NCBI GenBank assembly: GCA_029261925.1
Contig: JAJDAJ010000085.1
Location: 24,463-88,462 of the forward strand
Direction of reading: 5' to 3'
Length of the DNA: 64,000 nt
From: Deltaproteobacteria bacterium
Lineage (GTDB): Bacteria; Myxococcota_A; UBA9160; SZUA-336
The notes below the pieces were generated by a model. The model was not told the DNA's origin, did not search any database, and was given only the letters and a program-made list of their open reading frames with translations. Position numbers and translations under genes: made by a program. Below are positions 29,646 through 37,940 of the stretch, piece by piece (the first letter of the stretch is position 1; the number at the start of each line of letters is the position of its first letter).

Positions 29646-31237
29646 GGAGCCGGGTGCCGGCGGCCGTGCTGCTGCCCGGCATGCTCCTCGCCGCGGGCCT
29701 CGCCGCCGCGCAGGCCAGCCTCCGCAGCGACCGCGTGGTGTACTCGATCCACGTGGACGTGGCCGATCAGCTCGACCTCGAGCAGCTGCGCCTGTACCTG
29801 CGTGAGGGCAGCGAGCTGCTCCAGGGCGACCAGGGCGCCGACGACGCGGCCTGCTGCATGGAGCTCGCGGAGATCGGTCTCGAGGTCTTCGGAACCCCCG
29901 GCGACGGCCTCGACGTGCTCGACGCCGAGGACGAGTTCCTGCAGCTGCTCGGTCGCAGGGCCCTGGTCGGGAGCATCCTGTGGTGCGGGATGCCGCTGCC
30001 GAACATCGCCGGCTGCGGGCAGACCCCGGGCGACACCATGGTGGTGGCGCTCGACACCCCGCCGGAGCTCCTCGGCCTGACGCTGGCGCACGAGCGCGGC
30101 CACAACGCCGGTCTCAACCACCGAGACGAGAGCTGCGCGCTCATGGCCAGCGGCATCATGGACGGCAACGGCTGCCTGAACGAGGCCGAGTGCAGCACCT
30201 ACCGGCAGCTGGATCGACCGCCCTGGAGCGGTGGCGAGTGCGGCTGTCACGGCGATCTTCCCGGCCAGCCGGTCGAGCCCGACGGCACGAGCTGCGTGGA
30301 GGACGGGGTCGCCGGGATCTGCCACAGCGACGGCTTCTGCGACCCGCCGCCGCCCAACGACGGCTGCTCGGCGGCCACGCCGCTGCCCGCCGGGCTGAGC
30401 GTGCTCGACGACAACGACGTCGCGGGAACCGATGGCGCCGCGTCGTGTGCCGCCAGCGGCGCGGACGTCTGGTACGCGCACATCGCGGATTGCTCGGGGA
30501 CGCTGAACGTCGATCTCTGCGACGCGGGTCTCGACGTCGTCGCCTCGCTGCACGAGGGCTGCGGGGCCGCGGCCGGCGAGCGCGGCTGCGCCCACGCGTG
30601 TCCCACCAGCGGCGACTGTCGCGGCGCCTGCCTCGAGGCGCCGGTGGTCTTCGGCGAGGCGCTCCGCCTGCGCGTCGCGCGCGGCGGGAACGGCGACACG
30701 GGGCCGTTCATCGTGCGCGTGTCCTGCGAGGAGGACCCCGCGCTCGACAGCGACGGCGATGGTCTGCCCGATGTGCTCGAGTACGGCACCCTGGGTACCG
30801 ATCCGCGCGCGGCCGACAGCGACGGCGACGGCTGGGACGACGGTCTGGAGCTCGACCTGGGGACCAGCCCGCTGCTGGCCGACACGGACGGCGACGGTGC
30901 GACGGATTCCCAGGACGTGTGCCCCCGCGTCTGGGACGATCAGTCCGACTCCGGCGGGCTCGCCACGCCGCTCGACCCGCTCGGCTCCTGGCCCGACGGC
31001 ATCGGCGACGCCTGCCAGTGCGGCGACGTCAGCGGCGACGGCGTGGTCAGCACCCTGGACGCGGTGTCGATCCGCGCCTTCGCACTCGACTCCGCCACGT
31101 TCCCGGTCGATCTCGCGCGCTGCGCGGCCTCTGCCGGTGGCACGGGCTGTGGCCTGGCCGATGCCGTGATCGTGCGGCGCGCGCTTCGCGGCCTGCTGCC
31201 GGGGATCGCGCAGGCCTGTCCGGCAGCGGGCCCCTGA
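29642..31237 (+). CDS. secreted reprolysin/ADAM-like zinc metalloprotease with Cys-rich, TSP3 and dockerin-like domains
   Basis: The ATG overlaps the upstream stop (ATGA) and a signal peptide is present. The metzincin motif is 'LAHERGHNAGLNHRDESCALMASG' (HExxHxxGxxH plus a Met). Cys-rich segment: 'GGECGCHGD...TSCVEDGVAGICHSDGFC'. TSP3 repeats: 'DSDGDGLPD...DSDGDGWDD...DTDGDGATDSQDVCP'. Dockerin-like segment: 'GDACQCGDVSGDGVVSTLDAVSIRAF'. Confidence 0.75.
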   Translation: MRSRVPAAVLLPGMLLAAGLAAAQASLRSDRVVYSIHVDVADQLDLEQLRLYLREGSELLQGDQGADDAACCMELAEIGLEVFGTPGDGLDVLDAEDEFLQLLGRRALVGSILWCGMPLPNIAGCGQTPGDTMVVALDTPPELLGLTLAHERGHNAGLNHRDESCALMASGIMDGNGCLNEAECSTYRQLDRPPWSGGECGCHGDLPGQPVEPDGTSCVEDGVAGICHSDGFCDPPPPNDGCSAATPLPAGLSVLDDNDVAGTDGAASCAASGADVWYAHIADCSGTLNVDLCDAGLDVVASLHEGCGAAAGERGCAHACPTSGDCRGACLEAPVVFGEALRLRVARGGNGDTGPFIVRVSCEEDPALDSDGDGLPDVLEYGTLGTDPRAADSDGDGWDDGLELDLGTSPLLADTDGDGATDSQDVCPRVWDDQSDSGGLATPLDPLGSWPDGIGDACQCGDVSGDGVVSTLDAVSIRAFALDSATFPVDLARCAASAGGTGCGLADAVIVRRALRGLLPGIAQACPAAGP

Positions 31238-31250
31238 GGGCGCGCGCGCG

Positions 31251-32000
31251 TCAGACGGGCTCGAGCAGCCCGTCGCGCAGGCGCGCCGTGAGGTCGGCGT
31301 CGATGCCCGCGGCGACCGCGTAGTCCTGCATCGAGCCCCAGCTCTCGCGCACACCGTCGAGGGTGCGCTGCATGGTCTCCGGGTGCGCGTGCAGGGTCTC
31401 GGGCGGCAGCTCGTTCCACATCCGTTCGTATCCGCGGCTGCGCAGCAGGCGGGCGCGGATGCCCTCGACGGCGCGCTGCGACAGCGCGTAGTCGGCGACG
31501 ATCTGCGTCTCGTCCACGCCGACCAGCGACAGGACCACGGCCGCGATCACGCCGGTGCGGTCCTTGCCCGCGGCGCAGTGGAAGACCGCCGGCCCCTCGG
31601 CGTGGGCGATCAGCTCCACCACGCGACGTACCTGGGGCATGCCGTCGCGCAGCATGGCCGTGTAGAAACGGTCCATCGAGAAGGTCTCGCCCGGCGGGAG
31701 GCGCCGCGCCGTCCCGCGCGCGTCGTTCATCAGCGACACGTGGTGGTAGCGCACCGGCTCGTCGGCCAGCGAGCCGGGTCCCTCGACCCCGGCCTCGTCG
31801 GGCGTGCGCAGATCGATGATGGCGCGCAGGCCCAGCTCCTGGCGCAGGCGCCGGATGTCGGCCGTGCTGAGCTCGTGCAGGCCGTCACTGCGGTACACGC
31901 GCGACCAGCGCAGCTGCCGCCCGTCGCCCGTGCGGTAGCCGCCGAGGTCGCGGAAATTGGCGCAGCCGTCCAGGGGCACCACGCGGCGGTCGTCGCTCAT
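31251..32000 (-). CDS. protein tyrosine/serine phosphatase (Y_phosphatase3-type)
   Basis: ATG 32000 overlaps the aminotransferase stop (ATGA). Motifs: 'NFRDLGGY' and the CX5R loop 'FHCAAGKDRTG'. Confidence 0.8.
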   Translation of the reverse strand: MSDDRRVVPLDGCANFRDLGGYRTGDGRQLRWSRVYRSDGLHELSTADIRRLRQELGLRAIIDLRTPDEAGVEGPGSLADEPVRYHHVSLMNDARGTARRLPPGETFSMDRFYTAMLRDGMPQVRRVVELIAHAEGPAVFHCAAGKDRTGVIAAVVLSLVGVDETQIVADYALSQRAVEGIRARLLRSRGYERMWNELPPETLHAHPETMQRTLDGVRESWGSMQDYAVAAGIDADLTARLRDGLLEPV

Positions 32001-33145
32001 CTGGCCTCCAGGGCGCCCGCCAGCCGGGCCAGCGCCTCGTCGATGTCTGCCTCGCTGGCAGTGTAGGAGAAGCGCAGGAAGCCCTCGCCGGCGGCGCCGA
32101 AGTCGACGCCGGGCGTGACGGCCACGCCGGCGCGCTCGAGCAGATCGAAGGCCAGGGCGCGGGAGTCGGATCCGAAGCGGCGCGCGTCGGCGAACACGTA
32201 GAACGCGCCGGCGGGGTCCAGCGGCACGTCCAGGCCCAGGCTGCGCAGGCCGTCGAGCAGGCGCTTGCGCCGCAGGCCGAGCTCCGCGCGCATGGCCTCG
32301 ATGCCGCTCGCGCCCTCGCGCAGGGCCGCGATGCCCGCGCGCTGCACGAAGCTGCTCGCGCTGATGAAGAGATTCTGGGCGAGGATCTGCAGGCCACGCT
32401 CCGCACCGGGGGGCGCGATCACGTGGCCCAGGCGGAAGCCGGTCATGGCGTATCGCTTGGAGAAGCCGTCGAGCACGAAGGCCCGCTCGCTCAGCGAGAG
32501 CATCGGCGTGGTCGAGCCCTCGTACACCAGGCCGTCGTAGATCTCGTCGGCGACCACCGGCACGTCGAGGGTGGCGAGCGCGGCGAGCACGTCGCGCGGC
32601 TGCACCGCCCCGGTGGGATTCGCGGGGGAGCCGAGCAGCACCGCGCGCGTGCGCGGGCCGAGCGCGCGGCGCACGGCGTCGGGGTCGATGCGGAAGCCGT
32701 CGCTGGCGCTCGTGGGCACGAGCACGGGAACCCCCCCGACCGCGCGCACGATGCCGGGGTAGCACGCGTAGTGCGGCGTGGGCACGATCACCTCGTCCCC
32801 CGGATCGAGCAGGAGCGAGAACACCAGCAGGAGCGCGGGCGAGGTGCCGCTGGTGACGATCACCCTCGACGGGTCGACGGGCGTGCCGGCGCGCCGGGCG
32901 TGGTCGGCCGCGATCGCCTCGCGCAGCTCGGGCAGCCCCCGGCTGTCGGTGTAGCGCGTGTCGCCCCGGTCGAGCGCCGCGTGAAGGGCGCGGATCGCCG
33001 CCGGGGGCGGCGGGAAGTCGGGCTCGCCGATCTCCAGGTGCAGGATCGAGCGGCCCGAGCGCTCCAGCTCGAGGGCGCGCTCCATCACATCCATCGCCAG
33101 GAAGGGCTCGATGGCCGCCGCGCGCCCGGAGTAACGTCCCGCCAT
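31997..33145 (-). CDS. PLP-dependent aminotransferase, class I/II
   Basis: ATG 33145 ('MAGRYSGRAAAIEPFLAMDV'). Motifs: 'GSPANPTG' and the PLP-Lys region 'DGFSKRYAMTGFRLG'. Confidence 0.9.
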   Translation of the reverse strand: MAGRYSGRAAAIEPFLAMDVMERALELERSGRSILHLEIGEPDFPPPPAAIRALHAALDRGDTRYTDSRGLPELREAIAADHARRAGTPVDPSRVIVTSGTSPALLLVFSLLLDPGDEVIVPTPHYACYPGIVRAVGGVPVLVPTSASDGFRIDPDAVRRALGPRTRAVLLGSPANPTGAVQPRDVLAALATLDVPVVADEIYDGLVYEGSTTPMLSLSERAFVLDGFSKRYAMTGFRLGHVIAPPGAERGLQILAQNLFISASSFVQRAGIAALREGASGIEAMRAELGLRRKRLLDGLRSLGLDVPLDPAGAFYVFADARRFGSDSRALAFDLLERAGVAVTPGVDFGAAGEGFLRFSYTASEADIDEALARLAGALEAR

Positions 33146-33192
33146 CCGCCCCGAGTAGCGTCGGAGCGGGCGGCCTGTCAATCTCGGCGCTC

Positions 33193-34029
33193 GTGGAGCC
33201 CCGTCCGGACCCCGCTTTCGACAGCGTGCGCACCTTCTGCCTGGGCGTGCTGCAGCGGGGCGACCTCGCCAGCAAGCTGGCGCCGCCGCTGGCTGCCGGC
33301 GGCGCTCCGCTGCCGGATCGCGAGCCCGGCCCGGCCCTCTGCGTGGCCCGACCGGCCCGCGACGCGGGGCTGGAGCTGGTGGACGGGAGCGAGAAGCTCC
33401 CGCGCCTGGGGGCCCTGACCCGGGCGGACGCACGCGCGGTGTGCCTGCGGCGCTTCGCTCACCACGAGCTGATGGCGGTCGAGCTCTTCGCCTGGGCGCT
33501 GCTGCGCTGGCCCACGGCCCCGCCGGCCCTGCGCCGGGGCTGGGTCGGGGCGCTCGCGGACGAGCAGCGCCACTGCGCGCTGTATCTGGAGCGGCTCGCG
33601 GCCTGCGGCGAGACGCTGGCCGACGGGCCGCTGGGCGACTACTTCTGGCGCCACGTGCCGGCGATCGACGCCCATCCGCAGGGACCGCGCGCCTTCCTCT
33701 GCGCCATGGGCCTGACCCTGGAGCAGGCCAACCTCGACTTCAGCCTGCGCTTCCGCGACGGCTTCGCGCGCGCGGGCGACGCGGAGAGCGCGGCCGTCTG
33801 CCAGCAGGTCCACGACGACGAGCTCGGCCACGTGCGCCTCGCCGCCCGCTGGCTCGCGCTGCTCGCCGGCTCCCAGGTCGACAGCGTGAGCGCCTACGAG
33901 CACGCCGTGCCCTTCCCGCTGTCCGCGGCGCGCGCCAAGGGCCGCGCCTTCGACGCCGCGGCCCGCCGCCGCGCGGGCCTCGACGACGCCTTCATCGAGC
34001 ACGTGCGGCGGGCGCGCCCCCGGGCGTGA
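33193..34029 (+). CDS. DUF455-type ferritin-like (putative di-iron) protein
   Basis: GTG 33193. Candidate metal-ligand motifs are 'FAHHELMAVELFAWALL', 'ADEQRHCALYLERL' and 'DDELGHVRLA' (paired ExxH-type). Confidence 0.65.
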   Translation: MEPRPDPAFDSVRTFCLGVLQRGDLASKLAPPLAAGGAPLPDREPGPALCVARPARDAGLELVDGSEKLPRLGALTRADARAVCLRRFAHHELMAVELFAWALLRWPTAPPALRRGWVGALADEQRHCALYLERLAACGETLADGPLGDYFWRHVPAIDAHPQGPRAFLCAMGLTLEQANLDFSLRFRDGFARAGDAESAAVCQQVHDDELGHVRLAARWLALLAGSQVDSVSAYEHAVPFPLSAARAKGRAFDAAARRRAGLDDAFIEHVRRARPRA

Positions 34030-35075
34030 GCGGCCCTGCCGCGCTGCTCGCCAACCTGGGCGCGGAGGAGGGCGCGGCCTGGCCCCGGCAGGCTCGCCTG
34101 CCCGCGGTGCGGGACGCGGCCGCCCTGTGGGCGCTGGGCTTCCGGGCGGGGACGCCGCGTCTGGATCCCGCCGCGGCACCCGGGAGCGTGGCGGCGTGGC
34201 TCCGGGACGCTGCCGGAGCCGCCCTGGAGCCACTGCAGGGCGGCGACGGCGCGCTGGTCGCGTGGCTGATCACCCCGGAGGCCGCGGAGCTGGCCCGGGA
34301 GCGCGGGCTGAGCCTGGCGGGACCGGATCCGCAGGTGGTGCGCCGGGTGCACGACAAGTCCTTCGCCGTGACGCACGCGCGCGACCAGGGCGAGCTCGAG
34401 GCCGCATGCGCGGTGCTCGAGCCCGGGTCCCCGGACGCCGTGGCCGCCGAGGCGGAGGGCCGCGTCGCCGCGTGGCCCGCAGCCTGGAGGGCGCGCTTCG
34501 TGCTCAAGCCGCGCCTGGGGACCAGCGGTCGCGGGCGCGTCCCCGGTCGCGATGGCCGCGTGGACCGCGAGGCGCTGCGACGCGCGCCGGCCGCTCGGGG
34601 GTTCGTGCTCGAGCCCTGGGTGGAGCGCGTGGCCGACGCCTCCACGCAGCTCTGGATCGACGCGTCGGGGCGGGCCCGGATTCTCGGCCAGCTCTGGCTC
34701 GACGTGACCTCCGACGGGCTGTGCACTGGCTTCACCGCGGCGGAGCGCGGCGACCCGGGAGAGCTCGACCTGCTGCGTGCGCGCGAGGCGGCGCTGCGCC
34801 TGGCGCGCGCCGCGGCGCGCGAGGGCTACACCGGTCCGTGTAGTGTCGACGCACTCGCCTGGCGCGATCCCGGGGGCCGGACGCAGACGCGCGCCGTGGT
34901 CGAGCTGAACGCGCGCTTCAGCATGGGCGTCGCGGCGCTTGGTCTGTTCGCCCGGGCGCGCCAGGCCGCCATCGAGCTGCCACGCCCGCGCCTCTCACGG
35001 TCGCCCCGCCCTCCGGAGCCAGGCTCGCTGCCCGTGCTGGGCGACTACTGGCTGACCCCCGCCACGGGCGGCTGA
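34026..35075 (+). CDS. ATP-grasp-like enzyme (pre-ATP-grasp + ATP-grasp)
   Basis: GTG 34026 overlaps the upstream stop (GTGA). Motifs: 'FVLKPRLGTSGRGRV', 'GFVLEPWVERV' and 'VVELNARFSMG'. Confidence 0.55.
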   Translation: MSGPAALLANLGAEEGAAWPRQARLPAVRDAAALWALGFRAGTPRLDPAAAPGSVAAWLRDAAGAALEPLQGGDGALVAWLITPEAAELARERGLSLAGPDPQVVRRVHDKSFAVTHARDQGELEAACAVLEPGSPDAVAAEAEGRVAAWPAAWRARFVLKPRLGTSGRGRVPGRDGRVDREALRRAPAARGFVLEPWVERVADASTQLWIDASGRARILGQLWLDVTSDGLCTGFTAAERGDPGELDLLRAREAALRLARAAAREGYTGPCSVDALAWRDPGGRTQTRAVVELNARFSMGVAALGLFARARQAAIELPRPRLSRSPRPPEPGSLPVLGDYWLTPATGG

Positions 35076-35152
35076 CGCCGCCCACCGGGTCCGGGCCCGC
35101 TCGGTGCGCCGACCCGGTATGCCGCTACCCTGTGCCCCCCAACGGAGAGGCG

Positions 35153-35623
35153 ATGGACGCCAAGCTCGTGTACTGGTCCGCGGCGCTCGCCAACATGGCG
35201 CTGATCGTCGTGATCGCCCTCGTCGGCGTGCGCCGCGCGCGTGCGCGCGCGTTCGACGCGCACCGCCGCTCGATGCTGACGGTGGCGTGGCTGGTACTGG
35301 CCTTCCTGGTCTCTTACGTGTTCAAGGTGGCGGTGCTCGGGCGCGAGCAGCTCGAGCTCTGGGCGCCCTCGTACCGCAACACCCTGCACTTCCACGAGAC
35401 CTGTGTACTGATCATGGTGCTGGGCGGTTTCGGCGCGATCGTGCTCGCGCGACGGCTCGGCCTGCCCCGCGGGCCGACCTCGCCGCAGGTCGAGCCGGAG
35501 CGGCTGGCGCGCGGTCTGCGCTGGCACCGCTGGCTGGGGCGCGGCGCCGTGATCGCCAGCGTGCTCGGCCTGCTCAGCGCGACCTACGTGCTCCAGGGGA
35601 TGTACGCGCGCGCTGCCGGCTGA
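35153..35623 (+). CDS. DUF420-like four-TM membrane protein
   Basis: ATG 35153 has GGAG about 5 nt upstream; ATG 35132 is an alternative. Motifs: 'HRRSMLTVAWLVLAFLVSYVFK' and 'LHFHETCVLIMVLGG'. Confidence 0.6.
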   Translation: MDAKLVYWSAALANMALIVVIALVGVRRARARAFDAHRRSMLTVAWLVLAFLVSYVFKVAVLGREQLELWAPSYRNTLHFHETCVLIMVLGGFGAIVLARRLGLPRGPTSPQVEPERLARGLRWHRWLGRGAVIASVLGLLSATYVLQGMYARAAG

Positions 35624-35629
35624 GTCTGC

Positions 35630-35941
35630 TCAGCTGCGGGGCGCCGCGAGCTCGCCCTTGCTGCGCTCGACCTCGACGGCCTCGACGAGCTCCTCGGCCT
35701 CGTCCAGCGAGATGCTGTCGCGCAGGCGGCGCAGCAGGTGCAGCCAGCGCCGGTCCGCGCGCGCCTCGTCGGCGCCGAGTCCGGGCTCGTGCAGGGAGGG
35801 GACGATGCGGACCGTCGGTCCGCGCAGCTCGACGAGTGCCGGCAGGGCGCGGCCGCTGATCGGATCGACGACCTCGATCTCGCCGCGGCGCAGCAGTCGC
35901 CGCAGGTAGCCCGCCTGCTGTCTCGGTGTCGGTGTCTGCAT
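35630..35941 (-). CDS. hypothetical protein (103 aa)
   Basis: ATG 35941 has GGAGA 5 nt upstream. The frame has high GC3. I recognised no family. Confidence 0.55.
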   Translation of the reverse strand: MQTPTPRQQAGYLRRLLRRGEIEVVDPISGRALPALVELRGPTVRIVPSLHEPGLGADEARADRRWLHLLRRLRDSISLDEAEELVEAVEVERSKGELAAPRS

Positions 35942-36014
35942 CGATGTCTCCGGCCTCGCTCTGCAGCGGAGCCCTCGATTCTGCAAGCCGCGGGCCGGGG
36001 CGGGCGGGGTGTCC

Positions 36015-36046
36015 GCGTGCAGCCGGCGCGCAGTGCGGCTGCACGC
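36015..36046 (-). terminator. 11-bp-stem hairpin downstream of the TVP38 gene (possible terminator, no U-tract)
   Basis: 'gcgtgcagccg' (36015-36025) pairs with 'cggctgcacgc' (36036-36046), leaving a 10-nt loop. Confidence 0.25.
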
Positions 36047-36123
36047 CACGCGCAGCCGAGGGAAGCCGGGGTGTCGGCACGCGCGGTGGACGGAAGTTCA
36101 CTGCCCCCGGGCGTCGGCGGACC

Positions 36124-36816
36124 TCAGGCCTCGATGTCGGCGGCCTGGTCCAGCGCGCGCCGGGCGGTGCGCGTGATGACCGTGGAGACCGCGATCAGAG
36201 CGATCAGCCCCAGCGCCGAGAGGCCATAGCGCAGCCAGCGATCGGGGTCGGCGCCGGACCGCGCCTCGAGGCTCGCGACGTCGCCGAGCAGCGATCCCGC
36301 GTACACGTAGACGACGGTCGCCGGGAGCATGCCGATCGATGCGACGGCGTAGTCGACGAAGCGCACGCGCGTGAGCCCGAGCGCGTAGTTGAGCAGGTTG
36401 AACGGGAAGAACGGCACCAGACGCAGCAGGAAGACGATCTTGCGGCCCTCGCCGGCGATGGCGCGGTCGATCGCGTCGAAGCGCGCATCGCCCGCGAGCC
36501 GCTGCTCGATCCAGCCGCGCGCCAGGTAGCGCGACACCAGGAAAGCGGCGCACGCACCGAGGGTCGCCGCGATCATCACGTACAGCGTGCCCGCGACCGT
36601 GCCGAAGATCAGCCCGCCGGCCAGCGTCAGCAGCGCGCCGGGCGCGAAGGCGACCACGGCTGCGGCGTAGCCCGCCACGAAGACGACCGGCCCCCAGACG
36701 CCCAGGGTCTCGACCCAGGCGGCGAAGCCCTGGAGCTGGCCCTGGATCTGCTCCCGGAAGACCACGACCGCGCCCGCGACCAGCACCACCGCCGCGACCA
36801 CCGCGATGCGCCGCAT
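36124..36816 (-). CDS. TVP38/TMEM64 (DedA-related) family membrane protein
   Basis: I prefer ATG 36816 ('MRRIAVVAAVVLV'). Motifs: 'LVPFFPFNLLNYALGLTRVRFVDY' and 'YLARGWIEQRL'. Confidence 0.8.
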   Translation of the reverse strand: MRRIAVVAAVVLVAGAVVVFREQIQGQLQGFAAWVETLGVWGPVVFVAGYAAAVVAFAPGALLTLAGGLIFGTVAGTLYVMIAATLGACAAFLVSRYLARGWIEQRLAGDARFDAIDRAIAGEGRKIVFLLRLVPFFPFNLLNYALGLTRVRFVDYAVASIGMLPATVVYVYAGSLLGDVASLEARSGADPDRWLRYGLSALGLIALIAVSTVITRTARRALDQAADIEA

Positions 36817-36921
36817 CGTCTGCCCACGCCGGGCCCCCCGCTCCGTCTCCGCCGCCGTCGACAACCGATCACCTCCGTGGCTCGTAGGACGCACGGGCCC
36901 GCTGCGTGGTTACTTCCGGAC

Positions 36922-37473
36922 TCACCCGGGACGGGAGCGCCACACGTACGGGCTGCGCGTGGGAGCGAATCCCGCCGCGCGAAAGCGCTCCCGCCACCAG
37001 CGCCGGGGGCGCAGCGTGACCCTGTAGCGGTCGCCCGGCTCGTAGTCCTCGCTGGTGCTGCTGTAGAAGTGCATCCAGCTCGCGAGCCTGGCGCACGCGG
37101 CCGCGAAGTCCTCCACCTCGTGCTCCTGGAGATAGACCAGCGAGTTGGTGAACAGCAGGTCGTGGCGCCGACCGCGGGCGAGCTCGCGCGGCACGTAGTC
37201 GCGCATGTCCTCGCAGCGAATGCGCCGCCGGAACCGCCCGGGAATGCGCGCGTGCGCCCAGCGGCTGATCTCGCAGCCCCAGGGCCGCACGCCCCAGGTC
37301 TGCTCGAAGTGCTCCAGCACCCGGCCGGTCGCGGCCCCGAGGACCACCGCCGAGCTCACCTCGACGCCCAGCCGGCGCATGATCGACGTGCAGTGCGGGG
37401 CGCCGCTATGAAACTGCCAGTTCTCGTCGTACGAGCCGTAGCCGCAGTAATCCCGGAAGTAGGTCTCGTCCAC
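36922..37473 (-). CDS. class I SAM-dependent methyltransferase-like protein
   Basis: GTG 37473. Motif-I-like 'AVVLGAATGRVLE'. Acidic post-I residue at 'GCEIS'. Motif 'DLLFTNSLVYL'. Confidence 0.6.
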   Translation of the reverse strand: MDETYFRDYCGYGSYDENWQFHSGAPHCTSIMRRLGVEVSSAVVLGAATGRVLEHFEQTWGVRPWGCEISRWAHARIPGRFRRRIRCEDMRDYVPRELARGRRHDLLFTNSLVYLQEHEVEDFAAACARLASWMHFYSSTSEDYEPGDRYRVTLRPRRWWRERFRAAGFAPTRSPYVWRSRPG

Positions 37474-37536
37474 CGTCGCCCGTCCACGTCTCCGCTGCCG
37501 CGCCCCCGCCTCGACCGGTCACCCGCAGCTGACGGC

Positions 37537-37566
37537 ATGTTGCCCGCCCGGGCGTTGCCTGGCACC
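37537..37566 (+). repeat. 30-bp direct repeat, copy 1 (ATGTTGCC-CGCCCGGGCG-TTGCCTGGCACC)
   Basis: It matches copy 2 at 28 of 30 positions. It contains the 10-bp palindrome CGCCCGGGCG and the duplicated hexamer GTTGCC at 15-bp spacing. Confidence 0.85.
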
Positions 37567-37644
37567 CCGTGCCCTCCACGGCTGCCCCGGCTACCCCGGC
37601 TGTGTCCACGCCGCGTCCGCTCGGTGGCTCTGCCGGGGCTCCGG

Positions 37645-37674
37645 ATGTTGCCGCCCCGGGCGTTGCCTGGCACC
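37645..37674 (+). repeat. 30-bp direct repeat, copy 2
   Basis: 'atgttgccgccccgggcgttgcctggcacc' lies 108 bp downstream of copy 1. Confidence 0.85.
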
Positions 37675-37746
37675 GCCTCCCGGCCTGGGCGCGGGGGCGC
37701 CCCGTTGTGCAGCAGCGGCGGACGCGGCGCCGGGATCCGGCGAGCC

Positions 37747-37759
37747 GGTGCCAGGCACC
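37747..37759. promoter_or_regulatory. palindromic operator-like site GGTGCC-A-GGCACC related to the 3' ends of the two repeats
   Basis: It is a perfect 6-1-6 inverted repeat. It matches the reverse complement of 'gttgcctggcacc' at 12 of 13 positions. It ends 4 bp upstream of the candidate -35. Confidence 0.5.
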
Positions 37760-37762
37760 GCA

Positions 37763-37790
37763 TTGATCCAGGTGACCTAGGCGTTATAAC
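37763..37790 (+). promoter_or_regulatory. candidate sigma70-type promoter TTGATC-16 nt-TATAAC
   Basis: -35 TTGATC (37763-37768), a 16-nt spacer, then -10 TATAAC (37785-37790). It sits at the edge of the only markedly AT-rich stretch in the region (about 37770-37850). The HTH gene start is about 150 nt downstream. Confidence 0.35.
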
Positions 37791-37940
37791 TCAGCAGGAA
37801 ATGATTGGTTTGATTCATCAAGGGTCTGTCGCCACTGTCGAAACGAATGCATGCCGGTCGCGGCTGGCCCCGGTTGGTCGGGGGCGGCGGACCACATCAC
37901 GAAACGATCCATTCGAGGCATCGAAGAGGGGGGATGCGCA

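Noticed and set aside
37560-37680. TGGCAC hexamers in both 30-bp repeats and in the palindrome, considered as sigma54 -24 elements (a sigma54 activator is encoded in the window).
   Set aside because: None has TTGC or GC at the required -12 spacing. The downstream bases read cccgtGCCC, cgcctCCCG and cgcaTTGA (one nt short, GA instead of GC). They are better explained as operator half-sites.
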